From positions 1 through 42,397 of the forward strand of contig JAUZOY010000002.1 in the NCBI GenBank assembly GCA_030706235.1: a stretch of 42,397 bases of DNA. The letters are read 5' to 3'. The position numbers and the translations under genes were made by a program. This DNA comes from Bacteroidota bacterium (GTDB taxonomy: Bacteria; Bacteroidota; Bacteroidia; Bacteroidales; GWE2-29-8). Below are positions 24,564 through 34,542 of this stretch, one piece after another; the stretch's first letter is position 1; each line of letters opens with the position of its first letter. The notes under the pieces were generated by a model, which was not told the DNA's origin, made no database searches, and saw nothing but the letters and a program-made list of their open reading frames with translations.

Positions 24564-25784
24564 TTATTCTAACATCTGTTTAACTTTTTTGATACCGTCT
24601 ATCATAATATCAATTTCTTCAAAAGTATTATAAAAAGCATAAGATGCTCTTATTAGTCCCGGAATATTATAATGATTCATTATCGGTTGAGTACATAAGT
24701 GTCCGGTTCTGACTGCAACTCCAAGTTGGTCTAATAGTATTCCAATATCATACGGATGAATATTCCCTATATTAAAAGATGTAATAGCTGATTTTTGTCT
24801 TGCATTACCATATATCTTCATACCATTGATAGAGATAAGTTTTTCTGTTGCATAATTTAAAAGTTCGTTTTCATATTCAGCAATTTTTTCAATTCCAATA
24901 GATTTTATGTATTCTATAGCTTTGGCAAGACCAATAGCACCGCTTATATCTGGAGTACCTGCCTCAAATTTGAATGGAAGCCCTTTAAATGTTGTTTTTT
25001 CAAATGTTACTGTATCAATCATTTCTCCTCCTGATTGATATGGAGGCATAGCATTTAAAAATTGTTCTTTACCATATAAAACCCCAATGCCGGTTGGACC
25101 TAAAATTTTATGGCCTGAGAAACAATAAAAGTCGCAATCCAGATCATTCACATCTATTTTTATATGTGATGCAGATTGAGCACCATCTATTAATACTGGT
25201 ATGCTTTTTTTATGGGATATTTCAATTATCTCTTTAATAGGGTTTATTGTTCCTAATGAATTTGATATGTGATTAATGGCAACAATCTTTGTTTTAGGTG
25301 TTATAAGTTTTTTAAAATTTTCAATTGAAATTTCAGCATTATCATCAAAAGAAAGAACACGTAGTATAGCTTTCTTTTCTTCTGCAATTATTTGCCATGG
25401 AACAATATTAGAATGGTGTTCCATTTCTGAAATAATAATTTCGTCTCCATCAGTTATAAATTTTTTCCCAAAAGATGAAGCTACCAGATTTATAGATTCT
25501 GTTGTTCCTCTTGTAAAAATTATTTCATGAGATTTGGATGCATTTATAAATTTCTGTATAGTTATTCTTGATTCTTCAAATTTTGTCGTTGCTATCTGGC
25601 TAAGATGATGTACTCCTCTATGAATGTTGCTGTTTTGTTCTGTATAGAATTTATTTAATGCTTCAATTACCTGAATTGGTTTTTGAGTTGTAGCTGCATT
25701 ATCGAAATAGACTAATTGCTTGCCATTAACTTTTTGTTCAAGGATTGGAAAATCTTTTCTTATTTTAATAATATCTAAAATCAT
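24564..25784 (-). CDS. sufS: Cysteine desulfurase, SufS type (class V aminotransferase group II)
   Basis: YFDNAATTQKP, SNIHRGVHHLS, SGHKILGPTGIGVLYG (PLP Lys) and RTGHLCTQP (catalytic Cys) are present. Confidence 0.94.
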   Translation of the reverse strand: MILDIIKIRKDFPILEQKVNGKQLVYFDNAATTQKPIQVIEALNKFYTEQNSNIHRGVHHLSQIATTKFEESRITIQKFINASKSHEIIFTRGTTESINLVASSFGKKFITDGDEIIISEMEHHSNIVPWQIIAEEKKAILRVLSFDDNAEISIENFKKLITPKTKIVAINHISNSLGTINPIKEIIEISHKKSIPVLIDGAQSASHIKIDVNDLDCDFYCFSGHKILGPTGIGVLYGKEQFLNAMPPYQSGGEMIDTVTFEKTTFKGLPFKFEAGTPDISGAIGLAKAIEYIKSIGIEKIAEYENELLNYATEKLISINGMKIYGNARQKSAITSFNIGNIHPYDIGILLDQLGVAVRTGHLCTQPIMNHYNIPGLIRASYAFYNTFEEIDIMIDGIKKVKQMLE

Positions 25785-25794
25785 TTTAATAAGC

Positions 25795-27099
25795 TTATAA
25801 AATGGAATCCATTTTTAATTTGTTAAATACTTGATGTTTAATGGACTGTTTTAATTCGTCTATTTTTACTGAATTTATTATGTCTGATATAAATGCATAC
25901 ATTAATAGTGATTTTGCTTTATCTTTATCAATGCCTCTTGAACGTAAATAAAACATTGCTTCCTGATCCAATTGCCCTACTGTAGCTCCATGGCTGCATT
26001 TCACATCATCTGCATATATTTCTAAGTGAGGCTGTGTATTTATTTTAGCAGCATCAGAAAGGAGAATATTTTTGTTTGCCTGGAAAGCATTTGTCTTTTG
26101 TGAATCTTTTCTAACCATTATTTTACCGTCAAATACACCTGTAGAAGTGTCTTTTAAAATACCTTTATAAAGCTCATTACTCGAACAATTTGATTTTGCA
26201 TGGTCAATATATGTGTGATTATCAATATGCTTGTTGCTATCAATAATGTACAATCCGTTTAGAAATATTTCTGTATTTTCCCCATTTAACAGTACATTTG
26301 AGTTATTTCTTATCAAGCCGCCATTAAGACTGATCGTATTTAAATTTACGCTACTTTCTTTTGCCTGTATAATTTCAGTATTATTTATCTGAAATGAATG
26401 TTCGTTTTCATTTTGCAGCTTATAATATTCTATATTTGAATTTTCCTGTGCAAAAACTGTGGTAAATGAGTTTGTAAATGAATTATTTTTATTAGATAAT
26501 GATATATAAGATTCAATTATTTTTAATTGCGAATTTTTTTCTGCAATAATAATGTTTCTTGTTTGAGATAATGAATTACTGATTTCAGAATCATTAATAT
26601 AAATAAGCTGAATTGGTTTATCGGAAATATAATTCTCAGGTAAATATATGAAAGCTCCATCGACTGAGTATGCTGCATTAATAAGAGCAAATATATTATT
26701 GGGTTCCGGAAGACAGTTTAAATATTTATTAATGATTTCATTTTGCAATAATTTCCCTTTTGAAATATTTCCTATAAATAATTTGTTATCCGTAATATTT
26801 GATAAATCTTCATAGAGTATTCCATTTATAAAAACGAGTACTATTGAATCAAGATTTTTAATGATTTTTTTCTCAATTTGTATATCCTCGCTGGTTACTT
26901 TATTTTTAATAATATTAAAATCAAGACTTAATAAAGGAGTTAAATCCGTGAATCTCCAATCTTCATTTTTAATGTCGGGAAAACTAAGATCATTTATTTT
27001 TTTTATGAACGATTTTCTTTTGTTTTCGGAAAAGATTGAGTCTGAAGTTAAAGATAGATTTTTTAGAAATCTTTGTTTTATATCATTGGGTTTATTCAT
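25795..27099 (-). CDS. sufD: Fe-S cluster assembly protein SufD
   Basis: The C-terminal beta-helix region reads PHLEIYADDVKCSHGATVGQLDQEAMFYLRSRGI. The HGAT motif is the SufD form rather than the HEA(T/S) form I recall for SufB. Confidence 0.9.
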   Translation of the reverse strand: MNKPNDIKQRFLKNLSLTSDSIFSENKRKSFIKKINDLSFPDIKNEDWRFTDLTPLLSLDFNIIKNKVTSEDIQIEKKIIKNLDSIVLVFINGILYEDLSNITDNKLFIGNISKGKLLQNEIINKYLNCLPEPNNIFALINAAYSVDGAFIYLPENYISDKPIQLIYINDSEISNSLSQTRNIIIAEKNSQLKIIESYISLSNKNNSFTNSFTTVFAQENSNIEYYKLQNENEHSFQINNTEIIQAKESSVNLNTISLNGGLIRNNSNVLLNGENTEIFLNGLYIIDSNKHIDNHTYIDHAKSNCSSNELYKGILKDTSTGVFDGKIMVRKDSQKTNAFQANKNILLSDAAKINTQPHLEIYADDVKCSHGATVGQLDQEAMFYLRSRGIDKDKAKSLLMYAFISDIINSVKIDELKQSIKHQVFNKLKMDSIL

Positions 27100-27118
27100 A
27101 TGCTAAAATAATAAAATA

Positions 27119-27856
27119 CTATTTTATCCAGTCGTATCCTTTTTCTTCAAGTTCTAATGCGAGTGATTTATCTCCTGTTTTAACTATCTTTCCATCATAT
27201 AATATATGAACAAAATCAGGAACAATATAATCAAGAAGTCTTTGATAATGTGTTATAACAAGAAATGCATTATCTTTAGTTCTAAGGCTGTTAACTCCAT
27301 TGGCTACAACGCGAAGAGCATCAATATCAAGCCCTGAATCTGTTTCATCTAATATTGATAGTTTAGGTTCAAGCATAGCCATCTGAAAAATCTCATTTTT
27401 CTTTTTCTCGCCCCCTGAAAATCCTTCATTTAGTGATCTGTTTGTTAACTTGGATGTAATTTCAACAACTTTTTGTTTTTCTTTCATTAATTTTAGAAAA
27501 TCAGATGGAGAAAGAGGATCAAGTCCCAAATGTTTTCTTTTCGCATCCATAGCGGCTTTTAGAAAATTAACAATGCTTACTCCCGGAATTTCAACAGGAT
27601 ATTGCATTGCTAGAAAGATTCCTTCTCTTGAACGTATTTCTGCCGGTAATTCAAGAAGGTTTTTTCCATTATAAATAACTTCTCCTGCTGTAACTTCAAA
27701 AATTTCTCTTCCCGCAAGTACAGATGAAAGTGTGCTTTTCCCTGAGCCGTTAGGACCCATAATAGCATGAATTTCTCCTGCTTTTATTTCTAAATCAATA
27801 CCTTTTAGAATCTCTTTGTTGTTTATTGATGCACAGAGTCCTTTTATAGATAACAT
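27119..27856 (-). CDS. sufC: Fe-S cluster assembly ATPase SufC
   Basis: Walker A is GPNGSGKST, the signature is FSGGEKKK and Walker B is ILDETDSGLDID. ITHYQRLL is typical of SufC. Confidence 0.95.
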   Translation of the reverse strand: MLSIKGLCASINNKEILKGIDLEIKAGEIHAIMGPNGSGKSTLSSVLAGREIFEVTAGEVIYNGKNLLELPAEIRSREGIFLAMQYPVEIPGVSIVNFLKAAMDAKRKHLGLDPLSPSDFLKLMKEKQKVVEITSKLTNRSLNEGFSGGEKKKNEIFQMAMLEPKLSILDETDSGLDIDALRVVANGVNSLRTKDNAFLVITHYQRLLDYIVPDFVHILYDGKIVKTGDKSLALELEEKGYDWIK

Positions 27857-27929
27857 ATTAATTTGTTTAATTTGATACGGTTAATTTTTTTGTTTTTATT
27901 AAATAGAGTTATTTAAAAAATTCAAATTG

Positions 27930-27937
27930 CAAATGTA
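27930..27937 (-). promoter_or_regulatory. TAnnTTTG -7 box upstream of sufC
   Basis: Minus strand TACATTTG ends 74 nt upstream of the sufC ATG. Confidence 0.4.
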
Positions 27938-28036
27938 CAAATAAAATTCAAGTATTATTGAACGGTTATTCTAATTTAAAAGTATTTAAACAGAATCCAT
28001 AATTAATAGAAAATTATTTGATTTAATAAAATTTTA

Positions 28037-28044
28037 TACCTTTG
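28037..28044 (+). promoter_or_regulatory. TAnnTTTG -7 box (with upstream TTTG) for the lipoprotein/radA/folB unit
   Basis: TACCTTTG ends 33 nt upstream of the ATG at 28077. A TTTG at 28017-28020 lies 16 nt upstream as a possible -33 element. Confidence 0.5.
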
Positions 28045-28076
28045 TAATAATATTAAAATGATGAGGAATTTATTTG

Positions 28077-28475
28077 ATGAGGATAAGTAGATATATATTA
28101 TTTATGGTATTTTGTATCTCCATTTCATTTTTATTATCAGGATGTAAAAAAATCATGGAAGGGGATATTGTCGGTACTTGGAAAAGTGTAGATTTGGTAC
28201 ACCCTCAGGCTTCTTCTGAAATAATTTGGGAATTTACAAAAGAAAATAATTTTATTGTAACTGTTAAGAATAAAAACTCTAATATATCAACCACTTACTT
28301 TAGAAGCAGGTATTCTGTTATATGGGAAGGTTCAAAAACTGTTGCAAAAATCTCAGGTAATGATTCATATTATTCCAGATCCTGGATTATAAAAGATATG
28401 AATGAAGATATATTAGTCCTATTCAATAACGATAAAGGTAATTATTCTTTGGAAGAATTTTCTAAAATCAAATGA
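28077..28475 (+). CDS. Small lipoprotein, unknown function (lipocalin-like by pattern)
   Basis: The ORF track starts at TTG 28074 and the adjacent ATG at 28077 is more likely the true start. It has the lipobox LLSG-C and a GTWKSVDL motif after the signal peptide. Confidence 0.65.
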   Translation: MRISRYILFMVFCISISFLLSGCKKIMEGDIVGTWKSVDLVHPQASSEIIWEFTKENNFIVTVKNKNSNISTTYFRSRYSVIWEGSKTVAKISGNDSYYSRSWIIKDMNEDILVLFNNDKGNYSLEEFSKIK

Positions 28476-28505
28476 TTTCTTATTATTTTTTGAAAAAAAT
28501 ATAAC

Positions 28506-29873
28506 TTGTCCAAAATCAAAACTTCTTTTTTTTGTCAAAATTGTGGAGCTCAATCAACTAAATGGATAGGGCGTTGTCCTTCATGTGGTCAATGGAATAC
28601 TTATGTTGAAGAATTAATTCAAAAAGATTCAGATGATAAATTATGGCATGGAAATAATTCAATTATTCAAAGTAAACCTAAACTAATTAATGAAATAAAT
28701 ATTGATGAAACTCCAAGAATTGATACATATAATATTGAATTAAACAGAGTACTTGGAGGAGGGCTTGTGCCTGGTTCAGTTATTCTTGTTGGAGGTGAAC
28801 CGGGAATTGGAAAATCAACATTAATGCTTCAAATTGCTCTTAATCTTAAGAATAAGAAAATTTTATATATTTCAGGTGAAGAAAGTGAACTGCAAATAAA
28901 AATGAGAGCTGAACGTTTGGGAAAGGTTAAATCAAATTGCTATATTCTTACTGAGACTCAAACTCAAAATATTTTTCAACATATTGATTCTATAAATCCG
29001 GATATACTGATAATAGATTCGATTCAAACTTTAAATTCTAATAATATAGAATCATCCGCTGGTAGTGTATCTCAAATTAAAGAATGTACTACCGAGTTAT
29101 TACGTTTTGCTAAAGAAACTTCTGTCCCTGTCTTTCTGATAGGTCATATAACAAAAGATGGTAGTATTGCCGGACCAAAAATCCTTGAGCATATTGTTGA
29201 TACAGTTCTTCATTTTGAAGGTGATCAAAATCATATATACAGAATCCTTCGAGCTAATAAAAACAGATATGGCTCAACTTCTGAAATAGGTATTTATGAA
29301 ATGCATAATAATGGTTTAGCTGAAGTTAATAATCCATCTGAAATGCTAATACCTCAAAGAGAAGAACAGCTTAGTGGTACTGCTATTTCTGCTACTGTGG
29401 AAGGAATAAGACCAATATTAATTGAAGTTCAGGCCCTTGTAACTTCTGCAACATATGGTACTCCTCAGCGTTCTTCAACAGGTTTCGATTTAAGAAGATT
29501 GGGTATGTTACTGGCAGTTTTAGAGAAAAGATGCGGATTTAGATTGGGTATTAAGGATATTTTCCTTAATATTGCGGGTGGTTTAAAGGTTGATGACCCT
29601 GCTATAGATTTAGCTGTAATTTCTGCAATTCTGTCTTCTGGCGAAGATATCTCAATAAATTCAAAAATATGTTTTGCTGCTGAAGTTGGTTTATCTGGTG
29701 AAATTAGACCTGTAAACAGGATAGATCAAAGAATCTCAGAAGCTGAAAAACTTGGTTTTGAAAAGATTTGCATTTCTAGATATAATATCAAGGGTATTAT
29801 GAAAAAATCTTTTAAAATCGAATTAGTTGAAATAAGAAAAATCGAAGAATTATATAAATATTTATTTACTTAA
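28506..29873 (+). CDS. radA: DNA repair protein RadA/Sms
   Basis: The N-terminal zinc ribbon is FFCQNCGAQSTKWIGRCPSCGQWNTY and Walker A is GGEPGIGKST. KNRYG and a Lon-like C-terminal domain are present. It appears to use a TTG start. Confidence 0.94.
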   Translation: MSKIKTSFFCQNCGAQSTKWIGRCPSCGQWNTYVEELIQKDSDDKLWHGNNSIIQSKPKLINEINIDETPRIDTYNIELNRVLGGGLVPGSVILVGGEPGIGKSTLMLQIALNLKNKKILYISGEESELQIKMRAERLGKVKSNCYILTETQTQNIFQHIDSINPDILIIDSIQTLNSNNIESSAGSVSQIKECTTELLRFAKETSVPVFLIGHITKDGSIAGPKILEHIVDTVLHFEGDQNHIYRILRANKNRYGSTSEIGIYEMHNNGLAEVNNPSEMLIPQREEQLSGTAISATVEGIRPILIEVQALVTSATYGTPQRSSTGFDLRRLGMLLAVLEKRCGFRLGIKDIFLNIAGGLKVDDPAIDLAVISAILSSGEDISINSKICFAAEVGLSGEIRPVNRIDQRISEAEKLGFEKICISRYNIKGIMKKSFKIELVEIRKIEELYKYLFT

Positions 29874-29874
29874 T

Positions 29875-30246
29875 ATGATGAATGAAAATATTATTTCAAT
29901 TGAAAATATGGAATTCTATTCTTATCATGGATGTTTTAAAGAAGAGAAGATTATAGGAAATAAATTTATTGTTTCAATTGATATGGAAACCGATTTTAAT
30001 AAATCCGCATTGGAAGATGATATTAATTTAACAGTCAATTATCAAACAGTTTATGAGATAATTAAACGTGAAATGGATATTAAATCCAATATTATTGAAA
30101 ATGTTGCTAAAAGAATTATTAATTCAATATTTGATGAATTTAAAATGATAAAATATATAAATCTTGTAGTTTCCAAATTAAATCCTCCGATTGGTGGTAA
30201 AATTGAAAAAGTATCTGTAAGAATTATAGAAAAAAGAGTAAAATAA
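29875..30246 (+). CDS. folB: Dihydroneopterin aldolase
   Basis: This 123-aa protein carries FYSYHGCFKEEKIIGNKF and VNYQTVYE. It starts 1 nt after the radA stop codon. Confidence 0.85.
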   Translation: MMNENIISIENMEFYSYHGCFKEEKIIGNKFIVSIDMETDFNKSALEDDINLTVNYQTVYEIIKREMDIKSNIIENVAKRIINSIFDEFKMIKYINLVVSKLNPPIGGKIEKVSVRIIEKRVK

Positions 30247-30268
30247 ATAATTAAAAAGTATCTAAAAT

Positions 30269-30306
30269 AAAAAAACCTCAAAGTTTTTACACGATGAGGT
30301 TTTTTT
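30269..30306. terminator. Bidirectional rho-independent terminator between folB and gldJ
   Basis: AAAAAAACCTCA (30269-30280) pairs with TGAGGTTTTTTT (30295-30306) as a 12-bp stem with a 14-nt loop. The A-tract and T-tract arrangement would work on both strands. Confidence 0.7.
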
Positions 30307-30324
30307 ATTGTTTTTTTTATATCA

Positions 30325-31794
30325 TCAGAATCCGACTGGACTACCTACACGTATCATTGCACATCTGAAACCAATATAATCTGTAGATTGATTTTCATCA
30401 AGGAATCTTCTATTTCCCGGACTCATCCAATAAGCTCTGTCTTTCCACGATCCTCCTTTATAAACTCTGGCTTTATCATTAATCATTGAAGTCAATCCAT
30501 AATCATACATAAGTTTTCCTTCTTTTTCTTTTTCCTCTGAAATACCTTCATCTTTATATGATATACTTGAAAATTTATCACCATCTATGTAATTGATATT
30601 ATCTGCCTGTCTGTAATTTCTTCGTTCGCTAAGTTTTTTATCATTCTGTTCATCAACAGGATCCATAATTATTCTACCTAAACTATCTTTTTCAACTATT
30701 TCTCCTTCTTCACCTCTTCTCTGTGTTTTAAATACGTTTCCTCTGAATCCTCTGAAATCATTAAAATCTTCAACTGATAAAGGTCTGTAAACATCCATTA
30801 CCCATTCACTAACATTACCAGCCATGTTATATAAACCGTAATCATTTGGCCAGTATGAAGTAACTGGAGCTGTAATATCAGCATTATCGTTTAGTCTACC
30901 TGCAACACCCATCATGTCACCTCGTCCTCTTTTGAAATTGGCCATCATTTCACCAAGCATTTTAGGATCACTATTTCTGACAACATGCCCATTCCATGGG
31001 TATAGTCTTCTTTCAGCAACATTTTCATATATTGTGTTTCCGATTAATCCAACAGCAGCATATTCCCATTCTTGTTCTGTAGGTAATCTGTAGCTAGGCA
31101 AAAGAATACCATCTTCCATTTTTACTGGTCTTGTTCCTGCTCCATTCGGATTTAAATCCTGAAGATTATCTTTTACAGATCCTTCATATTGACCGGCAAG
31201 ATATGCAGCAGTATTAAAATTATCTTCATTTTGCTGGTCAGGATTTACATTTAATACTCCCTCTCTGATAAGAATGTATTCATTTACCCTGTCAGTACGC
31301 CATGCACAATAATCGGTTGCTTGTACCCAACTAACACCTACAACCGGATATTCCCTGTAAGCCGGATGACGTAAATACAGTTCCATGAGAGGCTCATTGT
31401 ATGCTAATTTATCTCGCCAAACCAATGTATCAGGAACAGATTTTTTATATACTTCAGGATAATCAACATATACCCTGTTAATCCAATATAAATATTCAAG
31501 ATAATCCAGATTACGTATTTCTGTTTGATCCATATAAAATGAAGAAACTGTAGCTCTTCTTGGAACATTGTTCCAATCATAAAGAACATCCTGTTCAGTT
31601 CTCCCCATAGCAAAAGTTCCACCTTCTATAAGTACAAGTCCCGGTCCTGTTTCCTGTTCAAGATAAGGTACTACCTGAAATCCTCCATTCTTAGGATTAT
31701 TATATTCCCATCCGGTAGTCATTGATTGTTCTTTTCTGCATGCGCAAAAGAAAATTATTGAAATAAAAAGGATAAATTTTAATTTATTTTTCAT
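30325..31794 (-). CDS. gldJ: Gliding-motility/T9SS lipoprotein GldJ (FGE-sulfatase/SUMF1 fold)
   Basis: The likely start is the ATG at 31794 (MKNKLKFILFISIIFFCAC lipobox), not the track start at 31833. TTGWEYNNPKNGGF, LIEGGTFAMG, YPVVGVSWVQA, NVSEWV and GFRC are motifs of the GldJ/GldK family. No gldLMN genes follow, which favours GldJ over GldK. Confidence 0.8.
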   Translation of the reverse strand: MKNKLKFILFISIIFFCACRKEQSMTTGWEYNNPKNGGFQVVPYLEQETGPGLVLIEGGTFAMGRTEQDVLYDWNNVPRRATVSSFYMDQTEIRNLDYLEYLYWINRVYVDYPEVYKKSVPDTLVWRDKLAYNEPLMELYLRHPAYREYPVVGVSWVQATDYCAWRTDRVNEYILIREGVLNVNPDQQNEDNFNTAAYLAGQYEGSVKDNLQDLNPNGAGTRPVKMEDGILLPSYRLPTEQEWEYAAVGLIGNTIYENVAERRLYPWNGHVVRNSDPKMLGEMMANFKRGRGDMMGVAGRLNDNADITAPVTSYWPNDYGLYNMAGNVSEWVMDVYRPLSVEDFNDFRGFRGNVFKTQRRGEEGEIVEKDSLGRIIMDPVDEQNDKKLSERRNYRQADNINYIDGDKFSSISYKDEGISEEKEKEGKLMYDYGLTSMINDKARVYKGGSWKDRAYWMSPGNRRFLDENQSTDYIGFRCAMIRVGSPVGF

Positions 31795-31817
31795 TTTCTG
31801 TATATAAGTAAAATATA

Positions 31818-32798
31818 TTAAAATGATGGACAACTAATTGCTCTTAATTTTTTCTTCTTAGGTCTGCATTCAAACTGAATTCCAAGGGATAATTCATGAG
31901 CACCTCCTGATGCATTACTTAGTTTGGAAACAGTAAGATCATAACTATATCCAACTTTAAACATACCCTGTTGAACACCGATAAGTGCTATTAATGCATC
32001 AGGATTGTCAACAGTATGTCTAAACCATAAACCTCCTACCATTGGATATTTGTTAAAATAAAAACCATAGTTAATTTGCTTGAAATCTCTTTGTTGCATA
32101 TAAAGAATATTAGGGGAAATTGTAGGATCATTCAGCTTTCTTTTTCCTTTTCTTTTTTTTAAGCCAAGAACAGCACCACCGTGAACAGTTATTCTCATTG
32201 GTAATTTACTGTCATCCATAAATCCTTCCTGTGGTTGTGTCATATGGCTGAATGAAATACCTGCGAAATAATTTTCACTATATCCTAAAAATCCTGATGT
32301 GAAATCTACATAACCTTTACTTAATTGAGGTTGTGTTTCTTGTGTTTTATATATAAATCCATCTTTCTCATTAATCATATCTCCGAAAGTTAATTTTCCC
32401 CAGTCAAGTTTTTTCTGAAAGTAGGAAGCTTCAAGTGAAGCATGCATAGAAAAAGTTCTGGAAACGACAAGACGGTATGAATACATTACGTTAAGATTAA
32501 TAGTATTTATCGTTCCCTGACCGGCACGGTCGTCCAGTACTGAAACTCCAAGTCCTCCTGAAATTGCTTCAATATATTGATCGTAAGAAGCATTATAAGT
32601 AACAAAAGTACCTGGTAGTGCCGGCCATTGATTTCTATAATTAAGTACAACTCTGGGGCACATAGTTGTACCTGCAAAAGCCGGATTTAAATATAAAGGA
32701 TTAGCATAGAATTGAGAGAATTCAGGATCCTGTGCGTATGTTAAACTTCCACATAATGAGAGGAATATAACTATAATTAAAAGTATCTTCTTTATCAT
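31818..32798 (-). CDS. PorP/SprF-family type IX secretion outer-membrane protein
   Basis: The likely start is the ATG at 32798 (MIKKILLIIVIFLSL...AQ). The mature N-terminus DPEFSQFYANPLYLNPAFAG is the family hallmark, followed by a beta-barrel-like alternation to the C-terminus. Confidence 0.85.
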   Translation of the reverse strand: MIKKILLIIVIFLSLCGSLTYAQDPEFSQFYANPLYLNPAFAGTTMCPRVVLNYRNQWPALPGTFVTYNASYDQYIEAISGGLGVSVLDDRAGQGTINTINLNVMYSYRLVVSRTFSMHASLEASYFQKKLDWGKLTFGDMINEKDGFIYKTQETQPQLSKGYVDFTSGFLGYSENYFAGISFSHMTQPQEGFMDDSKLPMRITVHGGAVLGLKKRKGKRKLNDPTISPNILYMQQRDFKQINYGFYFNKYPMVGGLWFRHTVDNPDALIALIGVQQGMFKVGYSYDLTVSKLSNASGGAHELSLGIQFECRPKKKKLRAISCPSF

Positions 32799-32856
32799 AA
32801 CCTTTATTTTAATGCACCACAATAATACGATTTATTTTTGATATAGTTACAATTTT

Positions 32857-34494
32857 TTATTCAGAAGTTAATTTTAATGCTGTTTTGACGGATATTCTTT
32901 TCCCGTCTTTATAGCAAATAACAAATGAATCGATGTTTCTTTTTCTTAAATTATCGCAATATTGTCTTGCTCCCTTATATGTTGAAAATGATCCGACATA
33001 ATATTTATATGTGCCTTGATATCGCTCTATGTAAATATTGTCTTCAATACCATATTTGTCAAGGAAATATTTTTTAGATTCTTTGTTATTTAATGATGCT
33101 AATTGTACTCTGTATACAATATTTCCTCCTACTTCGGTTGGCTTTTCTTCATTAAATCCACTTGGGAGAATTATTCGTTTATCTTCTTTATATGTGACAA
33201 TAAATGATTTGACATTTTTTTCATTTCTGATTTTCTTGTTGAATTCTTTAGCTTCATCTAAAGTTTTAAATCCAACAGAATATTTATAGCCGTTTTCATA
33301 TGTATCAACAATAATATCATCTTCGTTTAAATTAAATTTTTGTGCGTAATATTTTTTTGAATTCCCATTCTTAACTGCTCCGATTTGTACTTTATATTGG
33401 AACGTGTAATCAATAATATTCTTCTTTCTTTTTGCTTTTTTCCCTTCAGGAGAAATTTTCTTCCCTTCTGCAATAAGCTTTTTTTCTTCAGGAGTAAGCT
33501 GTTGTCCTTCAATTTCTTCTTTCTGCTTTTTTACTAAATCTTTAAGTGTTAGTCCGGCTGTATTTAATGAATCATTAAATGTATAAGTAAATGTCGTTTT
33601 TATAGTATCTTTTGGACCTATTGTATCAAGTACAACTGTTGTATCGTTTAATATAAAATCTTTAAGTTTAGGTCTCTCCTTAGTTTTCCCACTTAAGTTA
33701 TATTTTAGAGATACTGCAGAATAGATATATTTATCGACTCCCTTTTCTTTATATCCATCAAGGTTGTCTGTACTTGTGAAATAATATATTGAATAAATAT
33801 TTGATTCAAATTTATCGGAAAGTTTAAATTTTATACCTATCCCAAGAGGAAATGTAAATGTGTTATGCTTGTATGCATTAGTTGAATCCAGTTTTGTTTC
33901 GTAATTATAATCTCTTTTTAACGTGTTACCTAAATTGGGATTATCATAATCTTCAGATCTATCTTTTATGCTTCCGTCATTCCAATAAAAATATTTTCTG
34001 TTTTTGCTATCTTTTAGGTCTCCCTTGGAATTAAAACCCATAAACCCGATTCCTGTAAAAACATATGGTGCAAATCTTGATTTCTTTCTTAATAATAAAT
34101 CATTATCAAAGTGATATATAACATTAAATTCACCTTGATATATATTTGTAAGAAAGTTATAATGTTGAAAATTTTTAATAAAATCTTTTTCGCAAAGTTG
34201 CCCATATAGCCCATTAATAGAAAGTCCTAAAAAGTTTCCAAATCTTTTTTCTACTCCAATATTAATTCCAAAATTATGATTACCTATACTCAAAATATTT
34301 TCTCTGTAGGGATGCAGTTCTCCTCTGTATGATGCTATTCCAACGCCAAAAATGATTGATGGAAGCTTGTATTTATCGTATCCGGATTTTGTACTGTCTT
34401 TTAAACTATATGCGTTTGTATTCTGAGAATGTGCACTTAAAGAGGTAAGCATATATAGTATTGAGAATAAAATAACCAGTATAAAATTTTTCAT
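32857..34494 (-). CDS. Outer-membrane beta-barrel protein with Lys-rich linker and two C-terminal SPOR domains
   Basis: A signal peptide is followed by ~270 aa of alternating-hydrophobic beta-strand pattern. A K/E-rich linker (KKQKEEIEGQQLTPEEKKLIAEGKK...) comes next. Two SPOR-like units follow (YKVQIGAVKN...GYKYSVGFKTLDEA... and YRVQLASLNN...TYKYYVGSFSTYKGA...). Confidence 0.75.
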   Translation of the reverse strand: MKNFILVILFSILYMLTSLSAHSQNTNAYSLKDSTKSGYDKYKLPSIIFGVGIASYRGELHPYRENILSIGNHNFGINIGVEKRFGNFLGLSINGLYGQLCEKDFIKNFQHYNFLTNIYQGEFNVIYHFDNDLLLRKKSRFAPYVFTGIGFMGFNSKGDLKDSKNRKYFYWNDGSIKDRSEDYDNPNLGNTLKRDYNYETKLDSTNAYKHNTFTFPLGIGIKFKLSDKFESNIYSIYYFTSTDNLDGYKEKGVDKYIYSAVSLKYNLSGKTKERPKLKDFILNDTTVVLDTIGPKDTIKTTFTYTFNDSLNTAGLTLKDLVKKQKEEIEGQQLTPEEKKLIAEGKKISPEGKKAKRKKNIIDYTFQYKVQIGAVKNGNSKKYYAQKFNLNEDDIIVDTYENGYKYSVGFKTLDEAKEFNKKIRNEKNVKSFIVTYKEDKRIILPSGFNEEKPTEVGGNIVYRVQLASLNNKESKKYFLDKYGIEDNIYIERYQGTYKYYVGSFSTYKGARQYCDNLRKRNIDSFVICYKDGKRISVKTALKLTSE

Positions 34495-34542
34495 AAATAT
34501 ATATTTAATTCAAAATCCGTGTTTGATCTTTTAAAATAGGTT

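Noticed and set aside
25276-27674. Plus-strand ORFs 25276-25530, 26861-27106 and 27450-27674 inside the suf operon
   Set aside because: They are antisense to sufS, sufD and sufC respectively. Their Ser/Phe/Ile-rich shadow translations have no signals.
27857-28073. Possible sufB remnant or pseudogene upstream of sufC
   Set aside because: Only 217 bp of AT-rich DNA with promoter-like boxes is available. That is too short, and I saw no SufB-like reading frame.
30325-31794. Alternative call of this lipoprotein as GldK/PorK (core T9SS ring component)
   Set aside because: gldK is normally followed by gldL-gldM-gldN. Here the gene is followed by a strong terminator and the convergent folB, so GldJ is the better call. 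A family-specific HMM is needed to be certain.
30051-33512. Short ORFs 30051-30281, 31404-31622, 33038-33289 and 33327-33512
   Set aside because: They overlap folB, gldJ and the SPOR-OMP gene in alternative frames or on the opposite strand, and are low-complexity.
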